A DNA stretch of 64,000 nt from Squalus acanthias. Taxonomy: Eukaryota. Both the position numbers and the translations under genes were made by a program. Below the pieces are notes generated by a model. The model was not told where the DNA came from, did no database searches, and saw only the letters and a program-made list of their open reading frames with translations. Each line of letters begins with the position of its first letter. The stretch's first letter is position 1. Of the stretch, positions 12,155-23,146 are shown piece after piece. Location of the stretch: NCBI GenBank assembly GCA_030390025.1, contig JASTWF010000036.1, positions 372,001-436,000 of the forward strand, read 5' to 3'.

Positions 12155-14879
12155 GTGGTGGCTCAGTGGGTAGCACCCTCGCCTCTGAGTCAGAAGGTTG
12201 TGGGTTCAAGTCCCACTCCAGGGACACGAGTACATGAAGCTAGGCCGACACTCCAGTGCAGTACTGAGGGAGGGGCGGTACTGAGGGAGCGCCGCACTGT
12301 CGGAGGGGCGGTACTGAGGGAGCGCCGCACTGTCGGAGGGGCGGTACTGAGGGAGCGCCGCACTGTCGGAGGGGCGGTACTGAGGGAGCGCCGCACTGTC
12401 GGAGGGGCGGTACTGAGGGAGCGCCGCACTGTCGGAGGGGCGGTACTGAGGGAGCGCCGCACTGTCGGAGGGGCGGTACTGAGGGAGCGCCGCACTGTCG
12501 GAGGGGCGGTACTGAGGGAGCGCCGCACTGTCGGAGGGGCGGTACCGAGGGAGCGCCGCACTGTCGGAGGGGCGGTACCGAGGGAGCGCCGCACTGTCGG
12601 AGGGGCGGTACCGAGGGAGCGCCGCACTGTCGGAGGGGCGGTACCGAGGGAGCGCCGCACTGTCGGAGGGGCGGTACCGAGGGAGCGCCGCACTGTCGGA
12701 GGGGCGGTACCGAGGGAGCGCCGCACTGTCGGAGGGGCGGTACCGAGGGAGCGCCGCACTGTCGGAGGGGCGGTACCGAGGGAGCGCCGCACTGTCGGAG
12801 GGGCGGTACCGAGGGAGCGCCGCACTGTCGGAGGGGCGGTACCGAGGGAGCGCCGCACTGTCGGAGGGGCGGTACCGAGGGAGCGCCGCACTGTCGGAGG
12901 GGCGGTACCGAGGGAGCGCCGCACTGTCGGAGGGGCGGTACCGAGGGAGCGCCGCACTGTCGGAGGGGCGGTACCGAGGGAGCGCCGCACTGTCGGAGGG
13001 GCGGTACCGAGGGAGCGCCGCACTGTCGGAGGGGCGGTACCGAGGGAGCGCCGCACTGTCGGAGGGGCGGTACCGAGGGAGCGCCGCACTGTCGGAGGGG
13101 CGGTACCGAGGGAGCGCCGCACTGTCGGAGGGGCGGTACCGAGGGAGCGCCGCACTGTCGGAGGGGCGGTACCGAGGGAGCGCCGCACTGTCGGAGGGGC
13201 GGTACCGAGGGAGCGCCGCACTGTCGGAGGGGCGGTACCGAGGGAGCGCCGCACTGTCGGAGGGGCGGTACCGAGGGAGCGCGGCACTGTCGGAGGGGCG
13301 GTACCGAGGGAGCGCTGCAGTGTCGGAGGGGCGGTACCGAGGGAGCGGGGCACTGTCGGAGGGGCGGTACCGAGGGAGCGGGGCACTGTCGGAGGGGCGG
13401 TACCGAGGGAGCGGGGCACTGTCGGAGGGGCGGTACCGAGGGAGCGGGGCACTGTCGGAGGGGCGGTACCGAGGGAGCGGGGCACTGTCGGAGGGGCGGT
13501 ACCGAGGGAGCGCCGCACTGTCGGAGGGGCGGTACCGAGGGAGCGCCGCACTGTCGGAGGGGCGGTACTGAGGGAGCGCCGCACTGTCGGAGGGGCGGTA
13601 CTGAGGGAGCGCCGCACTGTCGGAGGGGCGGTACTGAGGGAGCGCCGCACTGTCGGAGGGGCGGTACCGAGGGAGCGCCGCACTGTCGGAGGGGCGGTAC
13701 CGAGGGAGCGCCGCACTGTCGGAGGGGCGGTACCGAGGGAGCGCCGCACTGTCGGAGGGGCGGTACCGAGGGAGCGCCGCACTGTCGGAGGGGCGGTACC
13801 GAGGGAGCGCCGCACTGTCGGAGGGGCGGTACCGAGGGAGCGCCGCACTGTCGGAGGGGCGGTACCGAGGGAGCGCCGCACTGTCGGAGGGGCGGTACCG
13901 AGGGAGCGCCGCACTGTCGGAGGGGCGGTACCGAGGGAGCGCCGCACTGTCGGAGGGGCGGTACCGAGGGAGCGCCGCACTGTCGGAGGGGCGGTACCGA
14001 GGGAGCGCCGCACTGTCGGAGGGGCGGTACCGAGGGAGCGCCGCACTGTCGGAGGGGCGGTACCGAGGGAGCGCCGCACTGTCGGAGGGGCGGTACCGAG
14101 GGAGCGCCGCACTGTCGGAGGGGCGGTACCGAGGGAGCGCCGCACTGTCGGAGGGGCGGTACCGAGGGAGCGCCGCACTGTCGGAGGGGCGGTACCGAGG
14201 GAGCGCCGCACTGTCGGAGGGGCGGTACCGAGGGAGCGCCGCACTGTCGGAGGGGCGGTACCGAGGGAGCGGGGCACTGTCGGAGGGGCGGTACCGAGGG
14301 AGCGGGGCACTGTCGGAGGGGCGGTACCGAGGGAGCGGGGCACTGTCGGAGGGGCGGTACCGAGGGAGCGGGGCACTGTCGGAGGGGCGGTACCGAGGGA
14401 GCGGGGCACTGTCGGAGGGGTGGTACCGAGGGAGCGGGGCACTGTCGGAGGGGCGGTACCGAGGGAGCGCCGCACTGTCGGAGGGGCGGTACTGAGGGAG
14501 CGCCGCACTGTGGGAGGGGCGGTACTGAAGGAGCGCCGCACTGTCAGAGGTGCCGTCTTTCGGATGAGACGTTAAACCAAGTCCCCGTCTGCCCTCTCCG
14601 GAGGACGCAAAAGATCCCATGGCACTATTTCAAAGAAGAGTCAAGGAGTTAGCCCCGGTGTCCTGGGGCCAATATTTATCCCTCAACCAACATAACAAAA
14701 ACAGATTATCTGGTCATTTTCACATTGCTGTTTGTGGGAGCTTGCTGCGCGCAAATTGGCTGCCGCGTTTCCCACATCACAACAGTGACCACACTTCAAA
14801 AGTACTTCATTGGCTGTAAAGCACTTTGAGACGTCTAGTGGTCGTGAAAGGCGCTATTTCAATGCAAGTCTTTCTTTCT
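12155..14879 (+). mobile_element. Full-length Deu-domain SINE inflated by a 2.3-kb internal minisatellite
   Basis: A-box-like tggctcagtggg and B-box ggttcaagtcc; Deu core at about 14550-14690; tail aaatgcaagtctttctttc. Confidence 0.85.
12260..14548 (+). repeat. 33-bp minisatellite, about 69 copies
   Basis: Unit ggtac(t/c)gagggagcg(cc/gg)gcactgtcggaggggc, which gives the 11-aa periodicity in the ORF track. Confidence 0.95.
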
Positions 14880-15300
14880 ATCCATCACCATAACCCTCTA
14901 TTCCCTTCTCCCTCATATGCCTCCCTTTAAACGCATCTATACTATTCGCTTCAACCACTCCCTGCGGTAGCGAGTTCCACATTCTCACCACTCTCTGGGT
15001 AAAGAAGTTTCTCCTGAATTCCCTATTGGATTTCTTGGTGACTATCTTATATTGATGGCCTCTAGTTTTGCTCTTCCCCACAAGTGGAAACACTCTCTCT
15101 ATATCCACTCTATCAAAACCTTTCAGAATTTTGAAAACCTCTATCAGGTCACCCCTCCGCCTTCTCTTTTCTAGAGAAAAAAAGAGCCCCAGCCTGTTAA
15201 TCCTTTCTTAATAGTTATAAACCTCAGAGTTCTGGTATCATCCTCGTCAATCTTTCTTGCATCTGCTCCGGTGACTCTGTATCCTTTTTGTAATATGGCG
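14880..15300 (-). mobile_element. CR1 LINE 3' fragment
   Basis: KTRGHQYK...FRRNFFTQRVVRMWNSLPQ. Confidence 0.8.
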
Positions 15301-15344
15301 GTTTGGGGTGTGGTGGTGGAGGCAGGGAAAGCAGTTAATATTTT

Positions 15345-15675
15345 GCATTTATACCGCGCTGTTAACAGAGTAAAAGGCCCCAAAGCACTTCACAGGAGCG
15401 TAATTGGAAAAAATTGAAACAGAGCCAGAACTGGAGACATTAGGACAGGTGACCAAAAGCTTGGTCAAAGAGGTCGGTTTTAAGGAGCGTCTTAAAAGGA
15501 GGAGAGCGCGAGAGGCGGAGAGGTTTAGGGAGGGAGTTCCAGAGCTTAGCTCCCAGGCGGCTGAAGGCACGGCCACCAACGGTGGGGCGAAGGAAGAGGG
15601 GAGTACACAAGAGGCCAGAGTTGGAGGAGCGCAGAGATCTCGGAGGGTTGTAGGGGCTGGAGGAGGTTACAGAGC
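15345..15675 (-). mobile_element. L2 LINE 3' fragment
   Basis: Reverse complement of the L2 3' end seen at 9300-9570. Confidence 0.7.
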
Positions 15676-15756
15676 TAGTCCTGCCCTGCCGTGTACAGTA
15701 GCGTTTTGGAGGGGCGGAGGGAAGACAGTTAGGAAATGGGAGTTCATAGCATCGTA

Positions 15757-17083
15757 CAGAGTCACTGATTATTCAGCAGGGTAAGGGTCACTCGCTGTGT
15801 AACTGTACAGAGTCACTGTTTATTCAGGGTAAGGATCACTCACTGTAACTGTACAGAGTTGTTGTTTATTCTGGGTAAGGGTCACTCACTGTAACTGTAC
15901 AGAGTCACTGTTTATTCAGGGTAAGGGTCACTCTAACTGTACAGAGTCGTTGTTTATTCAGGGTAAGGGTCACTCACTGTGTAACTGTACAGAGTCACTG
16001 TTTATTCAGGGTAAGGGTCACTCACTGTGGAACTGTACAGAGTCACTGTTTATTCAGGGTAAGGGTCACTCACTGTGGAACTGTACAGAGTCACTGTTTA
16101 TTCAGGGTAAGGGTCACTCACTGTGTAACTGTACAGAGTCACTGTTTATTCAGGGTAAGGGTCACTCACTGTAACTGTACAGAGTCACTGTTTATTCAGG
16201 GTAAGGGTCACTCACTGTAACTGTACAGAGTCACTGTTTATTCAGGGTAAGGGTCACTCACTGTGGAACTGTACAGAGTCTCTGTTTATTCAGGGTAAGG
16301 GTCACTCACTAACTGTACAGAGTCACTGTTTATTCAGGGTAAGGGTCACTCACTGTAACTGTACAGAGTCACTGTGTATTCAGGGTAAGGGTCACTCCCT
16401 GTGTAACTGTACAGAGTCACTGTTTATTCAGGGTAAGGGTCACTCACTGTAACTGTACAGAGTCACTGTTTATTCAGGGTAAGAGTCACTCACTGTAACT
16501 GTACAGAGTCGCTGTTTATTCAGGGTAAGGGTCACTCACTATCTGTACAGAGTCACTGTTTATTCAGGGCAAGAGTCACTCACTGTAACTGTACAGAGTC
16601 ACTGTTTATTCAGGGTAAGGGTCACTCACTAACTGTACAGAGTCACTGTTTATTCAGGGTAAGGGTCACTCACTGTGTAACTGTACAGAGTCACTGTTTA
16701 TTCAGGGTAAGGGTCACTCACTGTGTGAAGGGCCTAGAAGTAAAGGGCATTAAGGGTTACGGGGAGCGGGCAGGAATTTGGACATGAGTCTAGGTTCGGA
16801 TCGGTCATGGCCCTGTGGGTAGTGGAGCGGGCCCAGGGACTGTGTAGCCTGATTCTGCTCCTATTTCGTGTGTGCAATTCTGTTAGATGCAGGAGATGGT
16901 TCTGTGATAGATAGTAGATTGGCGGTTAGGATCAGATCAGCCATGATCTTATTGAATGGCGGAGCAGGCTCGAGGGGCCGATTGGCCTACTCCTGCTCCT
17001 ATTTCTTATGTTCTTATGTTCTTATGTTCTTATGTTCTTATGTAACTGTACAGAGTCGCTGTTTATTCAGGATAAGGCTCACT
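15757..17083 (+). repeat. 46-48-bp minisatellite, about 21 copies, interrupted by a CR1 tail
   Basis: Unit gtaactgtacagagtcactgtttattcagggtaagggtcactcact(gt); one further unit at 17041-17083 after the insert. Confidence 0.9.
16727..17043 (+). mobile_element. Short CR1 3' end with (ttcttatg)n tail
   Basis: Near-identical to the reverse complement of 48165-48452. Confidence 0.85.
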
Positions 17084-17970
17084 TAAAAGCTATAACATGC
17101 AGGACAGAAGATGTCCTGCACTGCATTCTTTTTAAAATAAAGCTTCCATTTGGGAGGAGGAGGAGTCAGAGAGTGGGGACAGGTACATTCTTCTGATGAA
17201 ATTGGTGTAATCACCCTCGTCAAACCAACCATTCGCACCCTGCGATTATACAGGTTTAAGCGTTCATTTTTTTTTGTTGGAGGCTGCAGGTTTGGAGTTA
17301 CTGCTCCTCACAGTCAGGACTATTGTTGATGTCTGAGCAGCTCAGCGCCGGAAGCTATTGCTGCCAGGCGGGCAGCCCAGTCTTTCCAAGTGTGTGTGTC
17401 TGCCAGTATTCCAGAAGGAACGCACAGCAAGTGGAAAAATTAAAAAAAAATAAGGATCTGCCAAACAACTTTAAATCCCCAGTCAGTCAGTCAGAGAGGT
17501 AGGTCTTGCATTCCACTGCATGCTTGCAGCACTGTTAGACACAGCTTGCTGCAAATCTGTGCGTTGGAATCGACAGTGCAACACGGATTCCTTTCTGCAG
17601 AACCCGACACACACAAACGCTTGCAACTCCTCCCATCATCCAGAAAGAGAGTTACAGCAGGAGTATTTACAGCACAGCAACAGGCCATTCGGCCCAACGT
17701 GTCCGTGGCGGTGTTTATGCTCCACACGAGCCTCCTCCCTCCCACCCCTACTCCATCTCACCCTATCACCATAGCCTTCTATTCCTTTCTCCCTCGTGTG
17801 TTTATCCAGCTTCCCCCTTAAATGCATTTGTGTTATTCGCCTCAACCACTCCCTGTGGTAGCGAGTTCCACATTCTCGCCACTCTCTGGGTAAAGAAGTT
17901 TCTCCTGAATTCCCCATTGGATTTATTAGTGACCATCTTATATTGATGGCCCCTAGTTCTGGTCTCCCCC

Positions 17971-18432
17971 CCGCCTTCTTCTTAGGCAGTCCCTCGGAAC
18001 CGAGGATGACTTGCTTCCACATGAAGAATGAGTTCTCAGGTGGCTGATGAGTCCAATGCGGGACCGACAGTCTGTCACAGGTGGGGCAGACGGTGGTTGA
18101 AGGGGCGGGCGGGCGGGTGGGGTGCTTGGGTTGACGTGCGCTCCTTCCACTTGCTCCCGGCGAAGAGACTCGAGGTTGTTCGGCACCTTCCCGGATGCTT
18201 CTCCTCCACTTTGTGCGGTCTTGGGCCAGGGATTCCCAGGTGTCAGTGGGGATGTTGCACATTTTCCAAGGAGACTTCGAGTGTGTCCTTGAGGTGTTTC
18301 CTCTGCCCACCTGGGGCTCTCTTGCCGTGTCAGAGCTCCGAGTAGAGCGCTTGTTTTGGGAGTCTCGTATCGGGCATGCGGACGATGTGGCCCGTCCATC
18401 GGAGCTGATCGAGCGTGGTCAAAGCTTCAATG
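17971..18432 (-). mobile_element. RTE-clade LINE 3' fragment nested in a CR1 (about 17660-18545)
   Basis: LRWTGHIVRMPDTRLPKQALYSEL...WESLAQDRTKWRRSI...CPTC..SRIGLISHLRTH; (aag)n tail; TSD ctggtctccccc at 17959-17970 and 18433-18444. Confidence 0.85.
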
Positions 18433-18629
18433 CTGGTCTCCCCCACACAAATGGAAACACCTTCTCTCCGTCTGCCCTATCGAACCCCCTTCATAATTTT
18501 GAAGACTTCTATCAGGTCACCCCTCAGCCTTCTCTTTTCTGGAGAAAAGAACGAACTTGCTTTTATACAGCACTTCTCATGTCCTCAGAACGTTCCAAAG
18601 TGACCCACAGCCAACGAAAACACGCACAC

Positions 18630-18775
18630 AAACAACTCCCATTTATACAGCGCCTTTAACATAGTAAAACGTCCCAAGGCGCTTCACAGAAGCGTAAATC
18701 AGACAAAATTCGACACCGAGCCACATTAGGTGATATTAGGACAGAAGAGGGAGGTTTTAAGGAGCGTCTTAAAAG

Positions 18776-18866
<91 letters not shown>

Positions 18867-19000
18867 ATTCCAGAGCTTGGGGCCCAGGCAGCTGAAGGCA
18901 CGGCCGCCAACGGTGGAGCGATGGAAATCGGGGGATGCTCAAGAGGCCAGAATTGGAGGGGCGCAGAGATCACGAAGGGTTGTTGGGGGCTGGAGAAGGT
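18630..19000 (-). mobile_element. L2 3' fragment with an internal (GA)n of about 45 units at 18777-18863
   Basis: L2 tail similarity; the microsatellite replaces the short ctctct run present in other copies. Confidence 0.75.
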
Positions 19001-20135
19001 TAGGGAGTGGAGGGGAGTGGAGGGGGGAAGGAAGAGGAGGATGATGTCGCTGAGGAGCAGCAAGCAGATGAGAAATAGAAGGGGGGGGCCAAGGATAGAT
19101 CGCTCGGGGACTCCAGGAGGTTAACTGTGCCGGAGTGGGAAGAGAAGCCATTGCAGACGATTCTCCGGCTACGAATAAACAGGGCTTCGGATAAACCTTG
19201 CAACAGGACAGCAGCACCCCTTCAGCACTGCACTGGCGTGCTGGCCGAGATGACGTGCACAAGGCCCACACAGCGGGGCTCGGACCCACAACGTTCTACC
19301 CCGTGAGAACGCACCAACTGGGGGTGAAGTCGCGCCGACTTTTTTGGGCGGTGCGGGGGGACGGTTTAGGACAGCCTCCTCAGTTTTTATACACACTCCG
19401 CCAAGCGTAAAGCAGCACCAAGTGCAGCACATCGAATCCTTTCGTGCAGCTTCAGCACATTTATTCACCCCTGAAATCCACAGGCCCATCCATTCACACT
19501 TGACAGCTCGCACGGAATTTGAGAAATCTGGAGTACAGCTGTGTGCAGACACTTCACACAAGGCAGAAAGGCCGCAACGCCCTACCTAGACAGATGGATT
19601 ACCCCTTCAGTCGCGTGGGACCGTCCAGGGCTTGGAGATCAAAAGGAGCCCGTCGTTAACCCCACGGTCAGTGTTGTTCGTGCTTGCGCTCCAAAACAAG
19701 GCAGCGACGTTTTCACAACCCCCCCCCGGCATCAGTAGAAACCGTGTCCTCTTGTGGTTAGAAACTACCACAGGCCTACCTCGGATTAAAAAAAAAAGCT
19801 CCACAAGCTCATGCCTAATGAGCCGAGAGGCCAGGCAATAAACTGACACGTTGACAGCGCGACTGCCACAACGCCTTCACCTATTACATCGCATTTCACA
19901 GCCCAGAAACAGGCCATTCGGCCCAACGTGTCCGCGCCGGTGTTTATGCTCCACACGAGCCTCCTCCCACCCCTACTTCATCTCACCCTATCACCATATC
20001 CTTCTATTCCTTTCTCCCTCGTGTGTTTATCCAGCTTCCCCCTTAAATGCATCTGTGCTATTCACCTGCGCCGCACTGTCTATGGGGCGGCGCTGAGGGA
20101 GCGGCGCACTGTCTATGGGGCGGCGCTGAGGGAGC

Positions 20136-21260
20136 ATAGAAGCTAGGAGCAGGAGCAGGCCATTCGGCCCCTCGAGCCTGTTCCGCCATTCAATGAGATC
20201 GTGGCTGATCGTCCAAATACAGTACCCTGTCCCTGCTTTCTCCCCATATCCCTTGATCCCTTTAGCCTTAAGAAATATATCCAACTCCTTCTTGAATATA
20301 TTTAATGAATTGGCCTCAACTGCCTTCTGTGGTAGAGAATTCCACAGGTTCACCACTCTCTGGGTGAAGAAATTCCTCCTCATCTCAGTCCTAAATGGCT
20401 TACCCCCTTATCCTTAGACTGTGACCTCTGGTTCTGGACTCCCCCGCCATCAGGAACATCCTTCCTGCGTCTAGTCTGTCTAGTCCTGTTAGAATTTTAT
20501 AAGTTTCAATGAGATCCCCTCATATTCTTCTAAACTCGAGCGAATATAAGCCCAATCGACCCAATCTCTCTTCATACGTCATTCCCTGTCATCCCAGGTA
20601 TCAGTCTGGTGAATCTTCGCTGCACTCCCTCCATGGCAAGAACATCCTTCCTCAGATAAGGCGACCAAAACTGCACACAATACTCCAGGTGTGGTCTCAC
20701 CAAGGCCCTGTACAACTACAGCAAGACATCCTTGCTCCTGTACTCGAATCCTCTCGCTACAAAGGCCAACATACCATTTGCCTTCTTAACCGCCTGCTGC
20801 ACCTGCATGCTTACCTTCAGCGACTGGTGCACAAGGACACCCAGGTCTCGTTGCACTTCCCCTTTTCCCAATCTATTGCCATTCAGATAATAATCTGCCT
20901 TCCTGTTTTTGCCACCAAAGTGGATAACCTCGCATTTATCCACATTATACTGCATCTGCCCAATCACCCAACCTGTCCAAATCATACTGGAGTTTCTCTG
21001 CATCCTCCTCGCAGCACACACGCCCACCCAGCTTTGTGTCGTCTGCAAACTTGATATTACATCTAGTTCCCTCGTCTAGATCATTAATATATATTGTGAA
21101 TAGCTGGGGTCCTAGCACCGATCCCTGTGGTACCCCACTAGTCACTGCCCGCCACTCGGAAAAAGACCAGTTTATTCCAACTCTTTGCTTCCTGTCTGCC
21201 AACCAGTTCTCTATCCAAATCAGTACCTTACCCCCAATCCCATGTGCTTTAACTTTGCAC
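20136..21260 (-). mobile_element. CR1 LINE inserted into the minisatellite of a Deu-SINE (20068-20135 and 21255-21615)
   Basis: [32 protein letters not shown] and RRNFFTQRVVNLWNSLP; SINE units on both sides. Confidence 0.85.
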
Positions 21261-22142
21261 TGTCTGGGGCGGCGCACTTTCGGATGACACGTTAACCCGA
21301 GGCCCCATCTGCCCTCTCAGGTGGACATAGAAAAAAAAACATACGGCCACTACTTCGAAGAGCAGGGGGGAGTTCTCCCCGGTGTCCTGGGGCCAACATT
21401 TATCCCTCAACCAACATCACTTTAAAAAAAAAAAACCACGATTTGTTCATTTATCACGTTGCTGCTTGTGGGAGCTTGCTGTGCGCAAATTGGCTGCTGC
21501 CTTTCCCACATTACAACAGCGACCGCACTTCAATAAAAGTACTTCATTGGCTGTGAAGCGCTTTGGGACGTCCTGAGGCGGTGAAAGGCGCCGGAGAAAT
21601 GCGAGCTCGTTCTTTTAAACATGATGCTCGAGGCATCATGTGCGGGGGAGGCTCATCTGCTCAAGCGGGACTTTCCCTGCTTGGTGATTTTTGTACGCTC
21701 CTTCGGTATAAGCCAGACATACTTCCTGGTGCATTCTTTCTCGGGACAGTTATGTGCACACGGCTTCCGCAGTCAGACAAAGCTTCTTCAAAAGAAACGT
21801 TGAATTCCTCGGAGGAGCCTTCAACAGCACACGCTGGGTTTTTTTCCCCCCAAATCGATTAAAACATTTAAAAATATGGGTGTAAGTTGTCAAGAAAAGA
21901 ACTTTACAAATGGGGAAAGAAAGTCCAGGCCTGCATATTATTACAGGTTTTAAAACGTTGTACGTTTAAGTAGAGAGTAAGTGATAGCGAGAAGTAACAG
22001 GGCGTGTCAGAAAAGATCCAGATGATATCATGAGTCAGTCATCCAAACATCACTGATGTGCCATCCGCTGAAAGATAGGAACGCCTTAACTCTTTCGGGA
22101 GCAGTTCGCTCACCACACCGCTCCCCCCCGACCCCCACCCCA

Positions 22143-22815
22143 CGTCAGCTGTGGCTCAGTTGGTAGCACACTCGCCTGAGTCAGAAGGTTGTGGGTTCAA
22201 GCCCCACTCCAGGGACTTGAGCACATAAAGCTAGGCTGACACTCCCAGTGCGGTGCTGAAGGAGCGCCGCACTGTCGGAGGGGCGGTGCTGAGGGAGCGC
22301 CGCACTGTCGGAGGGGCGGTGCTGAGGGAGCGCCGCACTGTCGGAGGGGCGGTGCTGAGGGAGCGCCGCACTGTCGGAGGGGCGGTGCTGAGGGAGCGCC
22401 GCACTGTCGGAGGGGCGGTACTGAGGGAGCGCCACACTGTGGGGGGGGGGCGGTACTGAGGGAGCGCCGCACTGTGGGAGGGGCGGTACTGAGGGAGCGC
22501 CGCACTGTGGGAGGGGCAGTCCTTCGGATGAGACGTTAAACCGAGGCCCCGTCTGCTCTCAGGTTGACATAAAAGATCCCAGGGCCACTATTTTGAAGAA
22601 GAGCAGGGGGGAGTTATCCCTCAATCAACATAACAAAAACAGATGATCTGGTCATCATCACATTGCTGTTTGTGGGATCTTGCTGTGCGCAAATTGGCTT
22701 CCGCGTTTCCCACATTACAACAGTGACTCCACTCAAAGTACTTCATTGGCTGTGAAGCGCTTTGAGACGTCCGCTGGTCGTGAAAGGCGCTGGAGAAATG
22801 CAAGTCTTTCTTTTC
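22143..22815 (+). mobile_element. Full-length Deu-domain SINE with about 8 minisatellite units
   Basis: Head gtcagctgtggctcagttggtagc...gggttcaagcc, then core and tail. Confidence 0.85.
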
Positions 22816-23146
22816 TCTGTGGTGTGAGGCGCCACTCGCCTCCCCAATTCGACATCCTTTGGAGGAGATTTTAAACCAGGGACCTGACCACCTCACCTGC
22901 GCTGGTAATTCAGCACGAAATGACGGCCGTACTCTCGTACACAGCGTTCACTGTACAGGAATCGCTGCGAGGAGTCTGGCAGGTGCTCGATTATTTTTTT
23001 GATAAAGGGTCAATCTTTGCTGTTCCAACATTCTTTACAGAAAAATAGACGGAGAAGTTATTCTCCCCAGCCAATCAAAGCCTTTTTTAAAGACCTGCTA
23101 AATGGACAAGTTCAGATATAAAGAAGGAAAGGGTAAAAAAACACTT

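Noticed and set aside
12260..14548. CRISPR-like array (also the arrays at 15.8 kb and 31.9 kb)
   Set aside because: Units are head-to-tail with no unique spacers, there are no cas genes, and the context is a vertebrate intron.
12155..14620. ORFs of about 800 aa with 11-aa repeats
   Set aside because: Translation of a 33-bp minisatellite inside a SINE, open in several frames on both strands.
17200..17620. Candidate LRP1 exon 3 (FDEG and Cys-containing minus-strand stretches)
   Set aside because: An in-frame stop lies upstream of FDEG and there is no LDLa six-cysteine spacing or convincing splice sites.
22143..22215. tRNA gene
   Set aside because: It is the tRNA-derived head of a SINE, continuous with the SINE body and without a complete cloverleaf or terminator.
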